A stretch of DNA of 64,000 nucleotides from contig CAVWVW010000004.1 in the NCBI GenBank assembly GCA_963758555.1, positions 19,791-83,790 of the forward strand, given 5' to 3'. The notes beneath the pieces were generated by a model. That model saw only the letters and a list, made by a program, of their open reading frames with translations, was not told where the DNA came from and did no database searches. The stretch comes from an uncultured Acidimicrobiales bacterium. GTDB taxonomy: Bacteria; Actinomycetota; Acidimicrobiia; Acidimicrobiales; RAAP-2. Of the stretch, positions 1-11,942 are shown piece after piece; the stretch's first letter is position 1, and every line of letters starts with the position of its first letter. Position numbers and translations under genes: made by a program.

Positions 1-155
1 AGGCCCTTCGCCACGCCCTGCGCCAGGGCCGTCTTGCCGGAGCCCAGCTCGCCTCGGAGCACGAGCACGGTGCCGGGGACGAGCACCTGAGCCAAGGCGG
101 CTCCAAGCTCATGGGTGGCGTCGATCGAGCTCGTGACGAAGCTCAGCTCGGTCAT
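1..155 (-). CDS. tsaE: tRNA threonylcarbamoyladenosine biosynthesis ATPase TsaE (N-terminal part, runs off window start)
   Basis: Reverse translation of 155..1 gives MTELSFVTSSIDATHELGAALAQVLVPGTVLVLRGELGSGKTALAQGVAKGL, a TsaE/YjeE-type P-loop. Its start forms an ATGA overlap with the stop of the upstream UDG gene. Confidence 0.7.
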   Translation of the reverse strand, partial: MTELSFVTSSIDATHELGAALAQVLVPGTVLVLRGELGSGKTALAQGVAKG

Positions 156-718
156 GAGGGCTCGCTCACGAGACGTGCCGCTCGACGCAGATCTGCTCGG
201 ATCTGATCGACGACCTTCGTCCCGCCCCGAAGGCCCGCGGCCGGGTGGAAGGTGGGCACCACTGCTCGGCCCGTCCCGGGCTCGCGGTGAACCTTGCCTC
301 GGAGCGCGGAGATGGGCTCGGTCGTGCGGAGCATCGCCCTGGTGGCCGTGTTGCCGAGCGAGATGACGACGACCGGATCGATCTCGGCCAGCTGCTGATC
401 GAGGTAGCCCCGGCAGGTGATGATCTCCCCCGCACGTGGCGTTCGGTTCTTCGGGGGCCGGCACTTGACCACACTGGTCACGTAGAGGCTGGCGCGCGGG
501 AGGCCCTGCTCACCCAAGAGCTCATCGAGGAGCCGGCCGGATCGACCGACGAACGGCACGCCGGTCAGATCCTCGTTCGCCCCCGGCGCCTCGCCGACCA
601 CCATGACCTTGGCTCGCTCCGGACCTGAGCCGAACACGACGCGGTTCCGGGTGGCCGCTAGCCCACAGGCCACACACGTGCTGGCCTGTGCGCCGAGGAG
701 CTCAAGAGCCGTCGCCAT
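152..718 (-). CDS. uracil-DNA glycosylase, family 4
   Basis: 188-aa ORF with the GEAPG..E and FVGRSG motifs and an N-terminal Cys pair (CVACGL), typical of family-4 Fe-S UDGs. Confidence 0.85.
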   Translation of the reverse strand: MATALELLGAQASTCVACGLAATRNRVVFGSGPERAKVMVVGEAPGANEDLTGVPFVGRSGRLLDELLGEQGLPRASLYVTSVVKCRPPKNRTPRAGEIITCRGYLDQQLAEIDPVVVISLGNTATRAMLRTTEPISALRGKVHREPGTGRAVVPTFHPAAGLRGGTKVVDQIRADLRRAARLVSEPS

Positions 719-1942
719 CGGGCCCAGCTTCCCCGCTGGGGCTCGACCAGCCCCATCGGCGGCGCTTCACCGGCTTCGCCGCGATGTTGTGAGCGAGGCC
801 GACCGTCTTCCTCGGCAGCCGGGGACCGATGCCGCAGAGCACCTCATAGGGGATCACGCCCAGACGGGTCGCCCACTCGCCCACCGTGATCCGCTCGTTG
901 CCTTGGGAGCCCAAGAGCACGACCTCATCGCCGAGGGCGATCTCGTCATGCCCGACGTCGACGACGATCTGGTCCATCGTCACCGACCCGGCCAGCGGAT
1001 AGCGCTTGCCCCGGATGAGCACCTCTTGGCCCCCGGTGAACAGCGCCCGTGGGAACCCGTCGGCGTAGCCGATCGGCACCGTGACCACCGTGCTGTCGTG
1101 GGGCAGCGCTCGTCGACGACCGTAGGACGGCCGGGCTCCTGCCTCGAGTCGCCTGGTGGCGGCGACCGCGGCCTTGATCGTCATGGCTGGCTGCAAGCCG
1201 AGCGATCCGGCGGCCTGGGAGACCGACTCCGTGGGCAGTTCGCCGTAGAGCGCGAGTCCACAGCGGACCATCGAGTGCATCGCTCCGGGCACGGCGATGG
1301 TGCCAGCAGAGTTGGCGACGTGGAGCACGGGAGGATCGATCCCCATGGCGTGGGCCACGACGGACGGCCTCCTCGAAGCGCTCGAGCTGGAGCGCCGTGA
1401 ACGCACGACTCTCCTCCGAGTCTCTCATCGGCGACGGCGAGGTGCGTCCACAAGCCCTCGATGCTCAGCTGCGACACCGCCTGAATGGCCTTGAGCAACC
1501 CGACGAGCTCATCGGGATCCACGCCCATGCGGTGCATGCCGGTGTCGACCTTCACGTGGACCGGGATCTTGCCGCCGATCCGCTTGGCGGCCTCTTCGGC
1601 CGCTTCCACCCCCTCGAGCGTGGTCAGCGTCGGGGTCAGGACCGCCGCGATCGCCGCCGACATCACGTCGGCCGGTGGCTCCGAGAGCAAGAGGATCGGT
1701 GCGGTGATCTCTGCTTGGCGGAGCTCGACGCCCTCGTCCACGATGGCGACAGCGAGCCCATCTGCTCCGCCGCCCAAGAAGGCCTCGGCGGCGGAGACCG
1801 CGCCGTGACCGTAGGCATCAGCCTTGACCACCGCGCAGAGCGCGGCGGTCCCAAGGCGTGCCTTGATGCGTGCCGCGTTGAAGCGCAGCGCATCGAGATC
1901 GATCTCCGCCCACGCCGGCCGCGTCAGACCCTCAACCGCCAC
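702..1942 (-). CDS. alr: alanine racemase, frame-disrupted twice in this assembly
   Basis: The N-terminal part is in ORF 1181..1942 (AVVKADAYGHG PLP-lysine motif). The middle segment SEESRAFTALQLERFEEAV is in the frame of ORF 946..1428. The C-terminal part is in ORF 702..1406 (HVANSAG, GYADGF). Shifts lie near 1423 and 1362. The span is 1241 nt = 3n+2. Confidence 0.85.
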
Positions 1943-3305
1943 GCTGCACCTCCGCGAGAACGTCTCCGATCAGCGCCGGCAGCGCCGAGGACACCAGGAC
2001 GCCCGGCGATCTCGCACCTGCGGAGCCGTGGAGGTGCGCGCCGAGGGCCGCTGCCAGGGGAGCGGCCAGGCCGAAGGCCAGCAGCGCACCGATCACACCG
2101 GCGAGGACGTCACCAGTCCCTGCTGTGGCGAGCGCCTGGGTGCCTGCCGTGACGAAGAGGACCGCGGGATGCTGGCGGCTGGGGCTCAGCACCAGCGTCG
2201 TCGGACCCTTCGAGAGCACCGTGACCCCTGTCGCCTCCACCAGCGCGGCCAGCTGGGCCACCCGATCGATCGAGATGGGCTCGCCCAGCAGGCGAGCGAG
2301 CTCGCCGTCATGGGGCGTGATCACAATCGGCGCGGGCTGCGCTGAGACCAGGAAGGCCAGCTCGTCGACGCCGCCGACAGCGGCGAGGCCGTCGGCATCG
2401 AGCACGACCGGCGTGGAGCGCTGCGCCACGATGCTCCGCACGGCATCGGCCACCTCTGGTTCGCGCCCGAGCCCCGGTCCAATCACCACGGCACCTGCTC
2501 GTGAGGCGTCGGCGAGCACGGCGGCGGCCAGCTCGGCAACGTCTGTCGGTCGGATGACGATCTCCAAGGGGATCCTGCTCGTCTCTCCGGGAGAGACCAG
2601 GTGCACCATGCCCGCTCCCGCGTGCATCGCTCCGAGGCACGAGAGCGCGGCCGCTCCCTCCATGCCAGGAGACCCAGCCATCACGACCACAGCGTTCGAC
2701 CACTTGTGGTCGGTTCGAGATCGCTCGGGGATCAAAGAGAGATCAGCGTCTTCGATCAACGCCATCGAGTGGGGGCTCGGCTCGATGCCGATGTCAGCGA
2801 CGTGCAGCGCTCCTGCGAGCTCGGGGCCATGGCCAAGGAGGAGCCCTGCCTTCAGGGCGCCCATCGTGACGGTGGCCGTGGCCCGCAAGGGCCGGCCCAC
2901 CTCGGCACCTGTGTCGCCGTTGAGGCCCGATGGGAGATCGACGGCAAGGATGGGTGTCCGCTCAGGCGGCACCGGCGCCTCGTAGGGGCGAGTCAGGCCG
3001 GTGCCGAACGCCGCGTCGATGAGCAGGTCCAGCCCGCCGAGCTCGCTGGCGTCAGCGTCGGGTGCGAGCACCGTCACCGTGGCGCCGCGGGCCTCGAGCG
3101 CTCGAGCCGCGACGCGCCCGTCCTCTCCGTTCGAGCCTTGGCCAGCGAGGATGGCGATCCGCTTGCCAGAGGCCCCTTCGAGCATGGTGATCGCTTGGTG
3201 GGCCACTGCGTAGCCGGCCCGCCGGACAAGCTCGCCGAAGCCCACGTCCTTGACCGCCTTGTCATCGAACGCCCGCATCTCGTCGAGGCTGACGACGGGC
3301 TTCAC
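1932..3305 (-). CDS. nnr: bifunctional NAD(P)H-hydrate repair enzyme (epimerase / ADP-dependent dehydratase, YjeF family)
   Basis: 457-aa ORF with a YjeF N-terminal domain (ILAGQGSNGEDG) followed by a carbohydrate-kinase-like C-terminal domain. It overlaps alr and acpS by a few nt. Confidence 0.8.
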   Translation of the reverse strand: MKPVVSLDEMRAFDDKAVKDVGFGELVRRAGYAVAHQAITMLEGASGKRIAILAGQGSNGEDGRVAARALEARGATVTVLAPDADASELGGLDLLIDAAFGTGLTRPYEAPVPPERTPILAVDLPSGLNGDTGAEVGRPLRATATVTMGALKAGLLLGHGPELAGALHVADIGIEPSPHSMALIEDADLSLIPERSRTDHKWSNAVVVMAGSPGMEGAAALSCLGAMHAGAGMVHLVSPGETSRIPLEIVIRPTDVAELAAAVLADASRAGAVVIGPGLGREPEVADAVRSIVAQRSTPVVLDADGLAAVGGVDELAFLVSAQPAPIVITPHDGELARLLGEPISIDRVAQLAALVEATGVTVLSKGPTTLVLSPSRQHPAVLFVTAGTQALATAGTGDVLAGVIGALLAFGLAAPLAAALGAHLHGSAGARSPGVLVSSALPALIGDVLAEVQRGG

Positions 3306-3705
3306 GAGCGGTCCCGGCTGGCGACAGCGAAGGCGATGGCCAGCCCAGCATCGTGGCTCATCGAGAGCGAGATCCCTGCCGTGCCGAGCAGCGCTGCTCG
3401 TTGCTTTGCTCGACCGTGCAGCACCACCGTGGGAGCTTGGCCACGACCGCCGAGCACCTCGATGTCGGCGAAGTCCACCTCACCGAGGCCCACGCCCAGC
3501 GCCTTCATCACGGCTTCCTTCGCTGCGAAGCGCCCCGCCATGGATCGATGCGATGCCTCGCTCGAGCTCCCGCGCGCGATGACGGTGCGCTCGTCGGTGG
3601 TGAAGAGCCTCTCGAGGATGCCGGGCTGGCGCTCGACCGAGCCGGCGACCCGCTCGATGGAGATGACGTCGACGCCCACGCCGACGACCGATGCTCGGTC
3701 CGCCG

Positions 3706-3709
<4 letters not shown>
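3302..3709 (-). CDS. acpS: holo-[acyl-carrier-protein] synthase
   Basis: 135-aa ORF with a [12 protein letters not shown] start region and [12 protein letters not shown], typical of AcpS. Its start forms a GTGA overlap with the corrected glmS stop. Confidence 0.85.
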
Positions 3710-5548
<1,839 letters not shown>

Positions 5549-5573
5549 GGCCCACCAGGTTACCGGGCCTCAG

Positions 5574-6929
5574 TCAGCGAACCGATCCACCGAGCTCAGC
5601 CAAGATCACCTCGACGAGCTGGCTCGTGATCCGATCCGCCGTGGGCTCGTCAGCTGCTTCGACCATGACGCGCACCACCGGCTCGGTTCCTGAGAGCCTG
5701 ACCAAGATCCGACCGTCCTCGCCGAGCGCCGCCTCAGCCTCGACGACGGCTTTGGCGATCCGCTCGGATTCCACGTAGCCGTCGAGATCCTGCACCTCGA
5801 CGGCGACGAGTCGCTGCGGAAAGAGGGTGAGAACTCCCTGGGCGAGGGCGGCCAAGGGCTGCCCGGCTCGGATCATGAGGTCTGCCAGCAAGATGCCGGT
5901 GAGCAGGCCATCACCCGTCGTCGCCCAGTCGCGGAAGATCACGTGGCCAGACTGCTCGCCACCGAGGCTGAGCGACGCAGCGTCGAGAGCCAAGAGGACG
6001 TGGCGATCGCCGACGGGGACGGTCTGCACGCTCACCCCCGCCTCTGCCATGGCGCGATGAAACCCGAGGTTGGACATGACCGTCACGACGACGGTGTTCG
6101 CCGCCAGGCGCTCCTGGCGTCGGAGATCGCGTGCGAACAGGGCGATCAGCACGTCGCCGTCGAGGACAGCACCGGTGTGATCCACCGCCACCAGGCGATC
6201 CGCATCGCCATCAAGGGCCAGCCCGAGGTCCGCTCGATGCTCGAGGACCGCCTGGGCGAGCGCTTCGGGGTGCGTTGAGCCCACGTGCTCGTTGATGTTG
6301 GTCCCCGTCGGATCATCGGCGATGACCTCGACCACCGCTCCGAGCCCCTCGAGCACCTCGGCGGCCACCGGTGCGGCTGCACCGTGGGCGCAGTCGACGA
6401 CGATCCTGAGACCCTGGAGGGCACGAGGCCCGACCGCGCTCAAGAGGTGTTCGACGTAGGCGCTCTTGAGCTCAGGCTCGGCGAGGATCTCACCCACGCC
6501 TTCGGCGGTCGGTCGAAGGATGCCGTGAGGATCGGCGAGCAGCGCGTGGAGCTCGACTTCGATCGCGGCCTCTACGTCTTCGGCCAGCTTGGTGCCGCCG
6601 GGACCGAGCACCTTGATGCCGTTGTCGGGGAAGGGGTTGTGCGACGCAGAGACCACCGCCCCGGGGAGGCCTCGGGTCGCGCAGAGCGACGCCACGGCCG
6701 GTGTGGGGAGCACGCCCACGTCGATGACGTCGACGCCTTCAGAGACGAAGCCTGCAGCGAGGGCTGCCGACAGCATGGGGCCGGAGCGGCGGGTGTCCCG
6801 GCCGATGATGACGGCCGGGCTCTTGAGCACCCTGGCCGCCGCTCGCCCGAGGGCAAGAGCGATCTCAGGCGTGAGCGCATCGTTGGCTAGCCCGCGGACC
6901 CCATCGGTCCCAAAGCGAGCAAGGGCCAT
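5574..6929 (-). CDS. glmM: phosphoglucosamine mutase
   Basis: 451-aa ORF with FGTDGVRG and the SASHNP phosphoserine loop. It lies between rpsI and glmS, the conserved position. Confidence 0.95.
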   Translation of the reverse strand: MALARFGTDGVRGLANDALTPEIALALGRAAARVLKSPAVIIGRDTRRSGPMLSAALAAGFVSEGVDVIDVGVLPTPAVASLCATRGLPGAVVSASHNPFPDNGIKVLGPGGTKLAEDVEAAIEVELHALLADPHGILRPTAEGVGEILAEPELKSAYVEHLLSAVGPRALQGLRIVVDCAHGAAAPVAAEVLEGLGAVVEVIADDPTGTNINEHVGSTHPEALAQAVLEHRADLGLALDGDADRLVAVDHTGAVLDGDVLIALFARDLRRQERLAANTVVVTVMSNLGFHRAMAEAGVSVQTVPVGDRHVLLALDAASLSLGGEQSGHVIFRDWATTGDGLLTGILLADLMIRAGQPLAALAQGVLTLFPQRLVAVEVQDLDGYVESERIAKAVVEAEAALGEDGRILVRLSGTEPVVRVMVEAADEPTADRITSQLVEVILAELGGSVR

Positions 6930-6932
6930 CGC

Positions 6933-7325
6933 TTAGCGCTTCGAGTACTGCGGTGCCTTACGAGCCTTCTTGAGGCCGTACTTCTTCGACTCCTTCTCAC
7001 GAGCGTCGCGCGTGAGCAGACCGGCCTTCTTGAGGGCGCCGCGCAGCTCGGGGTCGAGCTCGATGAGCGAGCGCGCGATGCCGAGACGCAGTGCGCCGGC
7101 CTGGCCAGCGGTACCGCCACCGTCCATGGTGGCGTCGACGTCATAGGTGCCCTCGATGCCAGCGACGCGCAGTGGCTCGGTGATGAGCATGCGGTGCGTG
7201 GCGGAGGTGAAGTACGCCTCGAAGGGGCGGTTGTTGATCAAGAACACCCCGGTGCCGGGGCGGAACCGGACACGGGCGACCGCCTGCTTGCGTCGACCAG
7301 TGGTCTGGGTGAGAGGTGTGGGCAT
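6933..7325 (-). CDS. rpsI: 30S ribosomal protein uS9
   Basis: 130-aa ORF ending in [12 protein letters not shown]. It is the downstream partner of rplM. Confidence 0.95.
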   Translation of the reverse strand: MPTPLTQTTGRRKQAVARVRFRPGTGVFLINNRPFEAYFTSATHRMLITEPLRVAGIEGTYDVDATMDGGGTAGQAGALRLGIARSLIELDPELRGALKKAGLLTRDAREKESKKYGLKKARKAPQYSKR

Positions 7326-7346
7326 CGAATCGCTCCTCGTGGCTGC

Positions 7347-7799
7347 TTACGCGTCGCCGCGGCGAGCGCCGGGGACGTCGTGGGACTGTGGGTTCTGAGC
7401 CTCGTGAGGGTGCGCGGGGCCCGCGTACACCTTGAGCTTGGACAGCTGCTGACGACCGAGGCGGTTCTTCGGGATCATGCCTCGGATCGAACGGGTGACG
7501 AGCTCGACGGGGTTGCCTTCGAGCAGCTCGGCGTAGCTGGTCGACTTGAGACCGCCCGGGTAGCCAGAGTGCCGATAGGCGAGCTTCTGGTCAGCCTTGT
7601 TCGACGTCATGATGACCTTGTCGGCGTTGATGATCACGACGTGGTCACCGGTGTCGACGTGGGGTGCGAAGTAGGGGCGGTGCTTGCCACGCAGCAGGCG
7701 GGCCGCTTCGGTGGCCAGACGCCCGAGGACCATCCCGTCAGCGTCGATGAGGTACCACGCGCGGTTGATCTCGGCGGGCTTGGGTGAATACGTGCGCAT
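7347..7799 (-). CDS. rplM: 50S ribosomal protein uL13
   Basis: 150-aa ORF starting [20 protein letters not shown], a typical uL13 N-terminus. Confidence 0.95.
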   Translation of the reverse strand: MRTYSPKPAEINRAWYLIDADGMVLGRLATEAARLLRGKHRPYFAPHVDTGDHVVIINADKVIMTSNKADQKLAYRHSGYPGGLKSTSYAELLEGNPVELVTRSIRGMIPKNRLGRQQLSKLKVYAGPAHPHEAQNPQSHDVPGARRGDA

Positions 7800-7887
7800 C
7801 TCTCAGATCTCTTCTCGTGGGAGCGGGCTGCCGGAGTGGCCATGTCGCTCTCGGACACCGACGAAAACCTCATCAGCAGGGATTCCC

Positions 7888-7916
7888 ATGCTAGGTGCGA
7901 ACCGGGCCCCGAGCAA
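7888..7916 (-). promoter_or_regulatory. putative sigma-A type promoter of rplM-rpsI (-35 CTTGCTC, 17-nt spacer, -10 TAGCAT)
   Basis: On the minus strand the sequence reads CTTGCTC-N17-TAGCAT, about 90 nt upstream of the rplM start. The same hexamer pair is seen upstream of rpsL. Confidence 0.4.
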
Positions 7917-7931
7917 GCCGGCAGTCATTGG

Positions 7932-8774
7932 CTACTCACCGGGCGCCCACGCTGCGTCGTGGTCGTAGCCGACGCCGATCAGGCAGAGCCCCTCAGGAGG
8001 GGCTGGTTGGGCTGCACCCTCTCGCGAACCGGCGTGCAAGAGCCCCATGATCTCCGCGGCGTTCGAGCGGCCTCGGCCCACCTCGACGATCTGGGCGACG
8101 ATCGATCGGACCATCTGATGGCAGAACGAGCTGGCCTGGATCTCGACCCTGAGGAGCCGGCCCAGCGCGAGATCGACCGACGGGCTCGGCTTCAAGGCGT
8201 CGACGGTGGCGTCGGTGACGAGGCGGGTGATCGGCGACGCCGACGAGGTCCCAGGAGCTCGCCGACAGAACGCGCGGAAGTCATGGCTGCCCACGACGGT
8301 GCCGATGGCCTGGCTCATCGCTCGAACATCCAACGGCCCGGTGACGTGCCATGCCAAGCCAGCAAGCAGCGGATCCGGCACCGCTGCCTCGTGGAGCAGG
8401 TAGCGGTAGCGACGCCAGCGAGCCGAGTGACGAGCGTCGAACGATGCCTCGACGGGGACGGCATCGAGCACCGAGATCTCCCCACCCAGCTGGTGGTTGA
8501 GCGAGCGCACGATCTCTTCGGGGTTGAGCACGCCGTCGTGCCCGTTCGACAGCGGTGAGGGCAGGTCGACGTGGACCACCTGGCGAAGGGCGTGCACCCC
8601 AGCGTCGGTCCGGCCCGCGCAGACGAGCGGCGGAGGGCTCTCGAGCCGGCTGAGGCGCGCTAGGGCCGCGGAGAGCTCACCGGCAACGGTCTTCTGACCC
8701 GCTTGCATGGCAAAGCCTCGAAAGGCGGTGCCTCGATAGGCGACGTCAAGGCGCCACCGCTGGTTCGCGCCCAT
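7932..8774 (-). CDS. truA: tRNA pseudouridine(38-40) synthase TruA
   Basis: 280-aa ORF with the RTDAGVHA catalytic Asp motif. It follows rplQ, as in many bacteria. Confidence 0.9.
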   Translation of the reverse strand: MGANQRWRLDVAYRGTAFRGFAMQAGQKTVAGELSAALARLSRLESPPPLVCAGRTDAGVHALRQVVHVDLPSPLSNGHDGVLNPEEIVRSLNHQLGGEISVLDAVPVEASFDARHSARWRRYRYLLHEAAVPDPLLAGLAWHVTGPLDVRAMSQAIGTVVGSHDFRAFCRRAPGTSSASPITRLVTDATVDALKPSPSVDLALGRLLRVEIQASSFCHQMVRSIVAQIVEVGRGRSNAAEIMGLLHAGSREGAAQPAPPEGLCLIGVGYDHDAAWAPGE

Positions 8775-8788
8775 GAGGGCGAGAGCTC

Positions 8789-9142
8789 CTAGACGAGCTC
8801 GATGCGCGCCATCGGGGCGTTGTCCCCTGGACGCTGCCCGAGCTTCAAGATCCGGGTGTAGCCACCAGGACGCTCGGTGTAGCGAGGACCGATCTCCGCG
8901 AACAGCTTGTGCGCCATGTCGCGATCACGGATCAGCGCCACGACGCGACGCTGGTTGGCCACGCCGCCCTTGGTCGCCGCGGTGATGCACTTCTCTGCCA
9001 CGGGGCGCAGAGCCTTGGCCTTGGCCTCGGTGGTCACGAGGAACTCCGCGGCGATCAGCGACGCCACGAGGTTGCCCATCATCGCCTTGTGGTGCGAGGC
9101 GCTGCCGCCGAAGCGACGGCCCCGCTTAGGGGTGGCGCGCAT
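8789..9142 (-). CDS. rplQ: 50S ribosomal protein bL17
   Basis: The inner ATG at 9142 gives a 117-aa protein starting MRATPKRGRRFGGSASHHKAMM. The upstream part of ORF 8789..9448 overlaps rpoA out of frame. Confidence 0.9.
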   Translation of the reverse strand: MRATPKRGRRFGGSASHHKAMMGNLVASLIAAEFLVTTEAKAKALRPVAEKCITAATKGGVANQRRVVALIRDRDMAHKLFAEIGPRYTERPGGYTRILKLGQRPGDNAPMARIELV

Positions 9143-9143
9143 G

Positions 9144-10082
9144 TCAGTCTTCCGCCTTGAGCGACAGGCCACGCTCGTCGAGACGGTCGTTGACGTCCTT
9201 GAGCGAGGTCTGGCCGAAGTTGGTGATCGAGAGCAGATCCTTCGCGCTGCAGGCCACGAGCTCGCCGATCGAGTTGATCCCGGCGCGCTTGAGGCAGTTG
9301 CGGGCACGCTCGGTGAGGCCCAAGTCCTCGATGCGAGCCTCGAGCTCCGAGGAGGCACCCAGCGCAGCACCCACGTCGCCAAGCTCGAGCGCCTGGGGCG
9401 CCTCGTCGAGCGAGGCGACCAAGCCCACCAGCTGGCCCAGCGTGGCACCAGCCGACGCCAGCGCCTCGCGAGGGGTGATGGTGCCGTCGGTCTCGATGTC
9501 GAGCACCAGGCGGTCGAAGTCGGTGGACTGCTCCACGCGCACAGGCTCGATCGTGTAGGTGACGCGACGAACGGGCGAGAAGATCGAGTCGACCGGGATG
9601 ACGCCGATGACGTTGGTGCGCTTGTTGCGGTCCGCCGAGACGTAGCCCCGGCCCTTGTCCACGGTCACGTCGACGGCCAGGTGGCCCTTGGCGTTCACGG
9701 TGGCCAGGTGCAGCTCGGGGTTCAGGACCTCGACGCCGGCGGGCAGCTGCAGGTCAGCAGCGGTCACGTCAGCGGCACCCTTCTTGTCGAGGCGCAGCGT
9801 GGCGGCCTCGTCGCCATCGATCCGAAGGAGCAGGTCCTTCAGGTTCAAGATGATGTCGGTGACATCCTCCTTGACGCCCTCGATGGTGGTGAACTCGTGC
9901 AGCGCCTCATCGAAGCGGATCTGCGTGACCGCAGCACCGGGGATCGAGGAGAGCAGCGTGCGACGAAGGCTGTTGCCGAGCGTGTGGCCGAAGCCGGGGT
10001 CCAGCGGGCCGACGGCGAAGCGCTGACGGTTCTGCAGCTCCTCGTCGATGGCCTCGACGGTGGGACGTTGGATGATGAGCAT
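9144..10082 (-). CDS. rpoA: DNA-directed RNA polymerase subunit alpha
   Basis: 312-aa ORF containing GHTLGNSLRRTLLSSIPG and a C-terminal HhH domain (ARNCLKRAGINSIGEL). Confidence 0.95.
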   Translation of the reverse strand: MLIIQRPTVEAIDEELQNRQRFAVGPLDPGFGHTLGNSLRRTLLSSIPGAAVTQIRFDEALHEFTTIEGVKEDVTDIILNLKDLLLRIDGDEAATLRLDKKGAADVTAADLQLPAGVEVLNPELHLATVNAKGHLAVDVTVDKGRGYVSADRNKRTNVIGVIPVDSIFSPVRRVTYTIEPVRVEQSTDFDRLVLDIETDGTITPREALASAGATLGQLVGLVASLDEAPQALELGDVGAALGASSELEARIEDLGLTERARNCLKRAGINSIGELVACSAKDLLSITNFGQTSLKDVNDRLDERGLSLKAED

Positions 10083-10109
10083 GGTGACGGGGCTCCTCGT
10101 TCTTTCGGG

Positions 10110-10757
10110 CTACTTGGAGTACAGCTCGACGATGAGCTGCTCCTGGACGGGCTCGTCGATCTGCTCGCGGATCGGCAGTGAGAACACTTTGACCTCGAAG
10201 CCGTTGTCTGAGGCTTCGAGCCACGCGGCGACCTGGCGGTCGAGCGTGTCGCGGTTGCGAACGACGTGGAAGTTCTCCCTCGTGGCCGCCTTGAGGGCGA
10301 CGACCTCGTCCTTGCGCAGGCGGTACGAAGGGATGGTGACGCGCTTGCCGTTGACCGTGACGTGGCCATGGCGGACGAGCTGGCGCGCCTGGCTGCGGCT
10401 CGCACCCCAGCCGGCACGGAACACGACGTTGTCGAGACGGAGCTCGAGCATCTGGAGGAGGTTCTCGCCGGTGATGCCCGGACGACGGTTCGCCTCTTCG
10501 TAGAGGTTGCGGAACTGCTTCTCGAGCAGCCCGTAGATGCGGCGGGCCTTCTGCTTCTCACGAAGCTGTGAGAGGTACTCGGAGCCCTGGCGCATGCGAT
10601 CGCGACCGTGCTCGCCAGGCGGGTAGGCGCGGCTGTGGCGATCGGTGACCTGGTCGGAGACAGGGCACTTCATCGAGTAGCAGCGCTCTCCCTTCAAGAA
10701 GAGCTTGGTGCGCTCGCGCCGACAGAGGCGACAAACGGGTCCGGTGTAGCGGGCCAT
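10110..10757 (-). CDS. rpsD: 30S ribosomal protein uS4 (Cys4 zinc-finger form)
   Basis: The inner ATG at 10757 gives a 215-aa protein starting [26 protein letters not shown]. The S4 domain is present. Confidence 0.95.
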   Translation of the reverse strand: MARYTGPVCRLCRRERTKLFLKGERCYSMKCPVSDQVTDRHSRAYPPGEHGRDRMRQGSEYLSQLREKQKARRIYGLLEKQFRNLYEEANRRPGITGENLLQMLELRLDNVVFRAGWGASRSQARQLVRHGHVTVNGKRVTIPSYRLRKDEVVALKAATRENFHVVRNRDTLDRQVAAWLEASDNGFEVKVFSLPIREQIDEPVQEQLIVELYSK

Positions 10758-10770
10758 CAGATTCCTTTGC

Positions 10771-11166
10771 TTAGACCCGGCGCCGCTTCTTGGGGCGGCA
10801 GCCGTTGTGGGGGATGGGTGTGACGTCCTTGATGCCGACGACCTCGATGCCAGCAGCAGCGATGGAGCGGATGGCGGTCTCACGACCCGAGCCGGGGCCT
10901 CGGACGTAGACGTCGACCTTGCGGACGCCTTGCTCCATGGCTCGCTTGGCGGCCTGCTCGGCCGCCAGCTGGGCCGCGAAGGGGGTGGACTTGCGTGAGC
11001 CCTTGAAGCCGACGTTGCCAGCAGAGGCCCAGGCGAGCACGTTGCCCTCGGGGTCAGCGATCGAGACGATGGTGTTGTTGAACGAGCTCTTGATGTGCGC
11101 GACGCCGTAGGGGACGTTCTTGCGCTCGCGACGGCGAGGGCGCCGGGCTCCTTGGGGCTTTGCCAT
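10771..11166 (-). CDS. rpsK: 30S ribosomal protein uS11
   Basis: 131-aa ORF with [16 protein letters not shown] and the [13 protein letters not shown] tail. Confidence 0.95.
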   Translation of the reverse strand: MAKPQGARRPRRRERKNVPYGVAHIKSSFNNTIVSIADPEGNVLAWASAGNVGFKGSRKSTPFAAQLAAEQAAKRAMEQGVRKVDVYVRGPGSGRETAIRSIAAAGIEVVGIKDVTPIPHNGCRPKKRRRV

Positions 11167-11543
11167 TACTTCTTGACCTTCTTCTTCCCGGCGACGGTCT
11201 TCTTCGGACCCTTGCGAGTGCGAGCGTTGGTGTGGGTGCGCTGGCCGTGGACCGGCAGGCCCTTGCGATGGCGCACGCCTTGGTAGCAGTTGATCTCCAT
11301 CTTGCGACGGATGTCCTGAGCGACGTCGCGGCGCAGGTCACCTTCCACGGTGACCTCAGCGTCGATCCAGTTGCGCAGCCTCGTGATCTCTTCTTCGGTG
11401 AGATCGCGCACTCGCGTGTCGGGGTTCACCTTGGTGGCCTCGAGGGCGCGCCTCGAGGTGGTGAGCCCGACGCCGAAGATGTAGGTCAACGAGATCTCCA
11501 CCCGCTTCTCACGGGGGATGTCGACGCCAGAAATACGTGCCAT
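11166..11543 (-). CDS. rpsM: 30S ribosomal protein uS13
   Basis: 125-aa ORF starting [24 protein letters not shown]. Confidence 0.95.
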   Translation of the reverse strand: MARISGVDIPREKRVEISLTYIFGVGLTTSRRALEATKVNPDTRVRDLTEEEITRLRNWIDAEVTVEGDLRRDVAQDIRRKMEINCYQGVRHRKGLPVHGQRTHTNARTRKGPKKTVAGKKKVKK

Positions 11544-11563
11544 CTAGTTCCTCTGTCCTCTAC

Positions 11564-11677
11564 TCAGCCTTGGCGCTGCTTGTGGCGCGGGTTCTCACAG
11601 ATCACCTGGACGTTGCCGTGCCGCCGGATGACCTTGCACTTCTCACACATCGGCTTGACGCTTGGTCGAACCTTCAT
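11564..11677 (-). CDS. rpmJ: 50S ribosomal protein bL36 (zinc-binding C+ form)
   Basis: The inner ATG at 11677 gives [37 protein letters not shown] (37 aa). It is embedded in the longer spurious ORF 11564..12079. Confidence 0.9.
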   Translation of the reverse strand: MKVRPSVKPMCEKCKVIRRHGNVQVICENPRHKQRQG

Positions 11678-11717
11678 CGAACTTGCTCCTTCGAGACTTT
11701 CTGGTACTTCGAACCGC

Positions 11718-11942
11718 TCACTTGTAGCGGTAGGTGATGCGACCTCGAGAGAGGTCGTAGGGAGTGATCTCCACCTGCACCTTGTCGCCAGGAAGGATGC
11801 GGATGCGGTGCATGCGCATCTTTCCTGAGCTGTGGGCGAGCACTTTGTGCCCGTTCTCGAGTTCCACCTTGAACATGGCGTTGGGCAGCGGCTCGACGAC
11901 CGTGCCCTCGAGAACGATGGCATCTTCCTTGGGCTTGGGCAG
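11718..11942 (-). CDS. infA: translation initiation factor IF-1 (start codon uncertain)
   Basis: The core [44 protein letters not shown] is classic IF-1. ORF 11718..11993 would add about 17 unusual residues. AAGGAG lies 7 nt before an in-frame CTG at 11942. Confidence 0.8.
   Translation of the reverse strand: MPKPKEDAIVLEGTVVEPLPNAMFKVELENGHKVLAHSSGKMRMHRIRILPGDKVQVEITPYDLSRGRITYRYK

Noticed and set aside
5549-5573. A glmS ribozyme could lie upstream of glmS.
   Set aside because: Only 25 nt separate the glmM stop from the glmS start. That is far too short for the ribozyme.
8907-10181. A 424-aa plus-strand ORF lies opposite rplQ and rpoA.
   Set aside because: It is antisense to two well-supported genes and has the same low-complexity composition. 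It is a shadow ORF.
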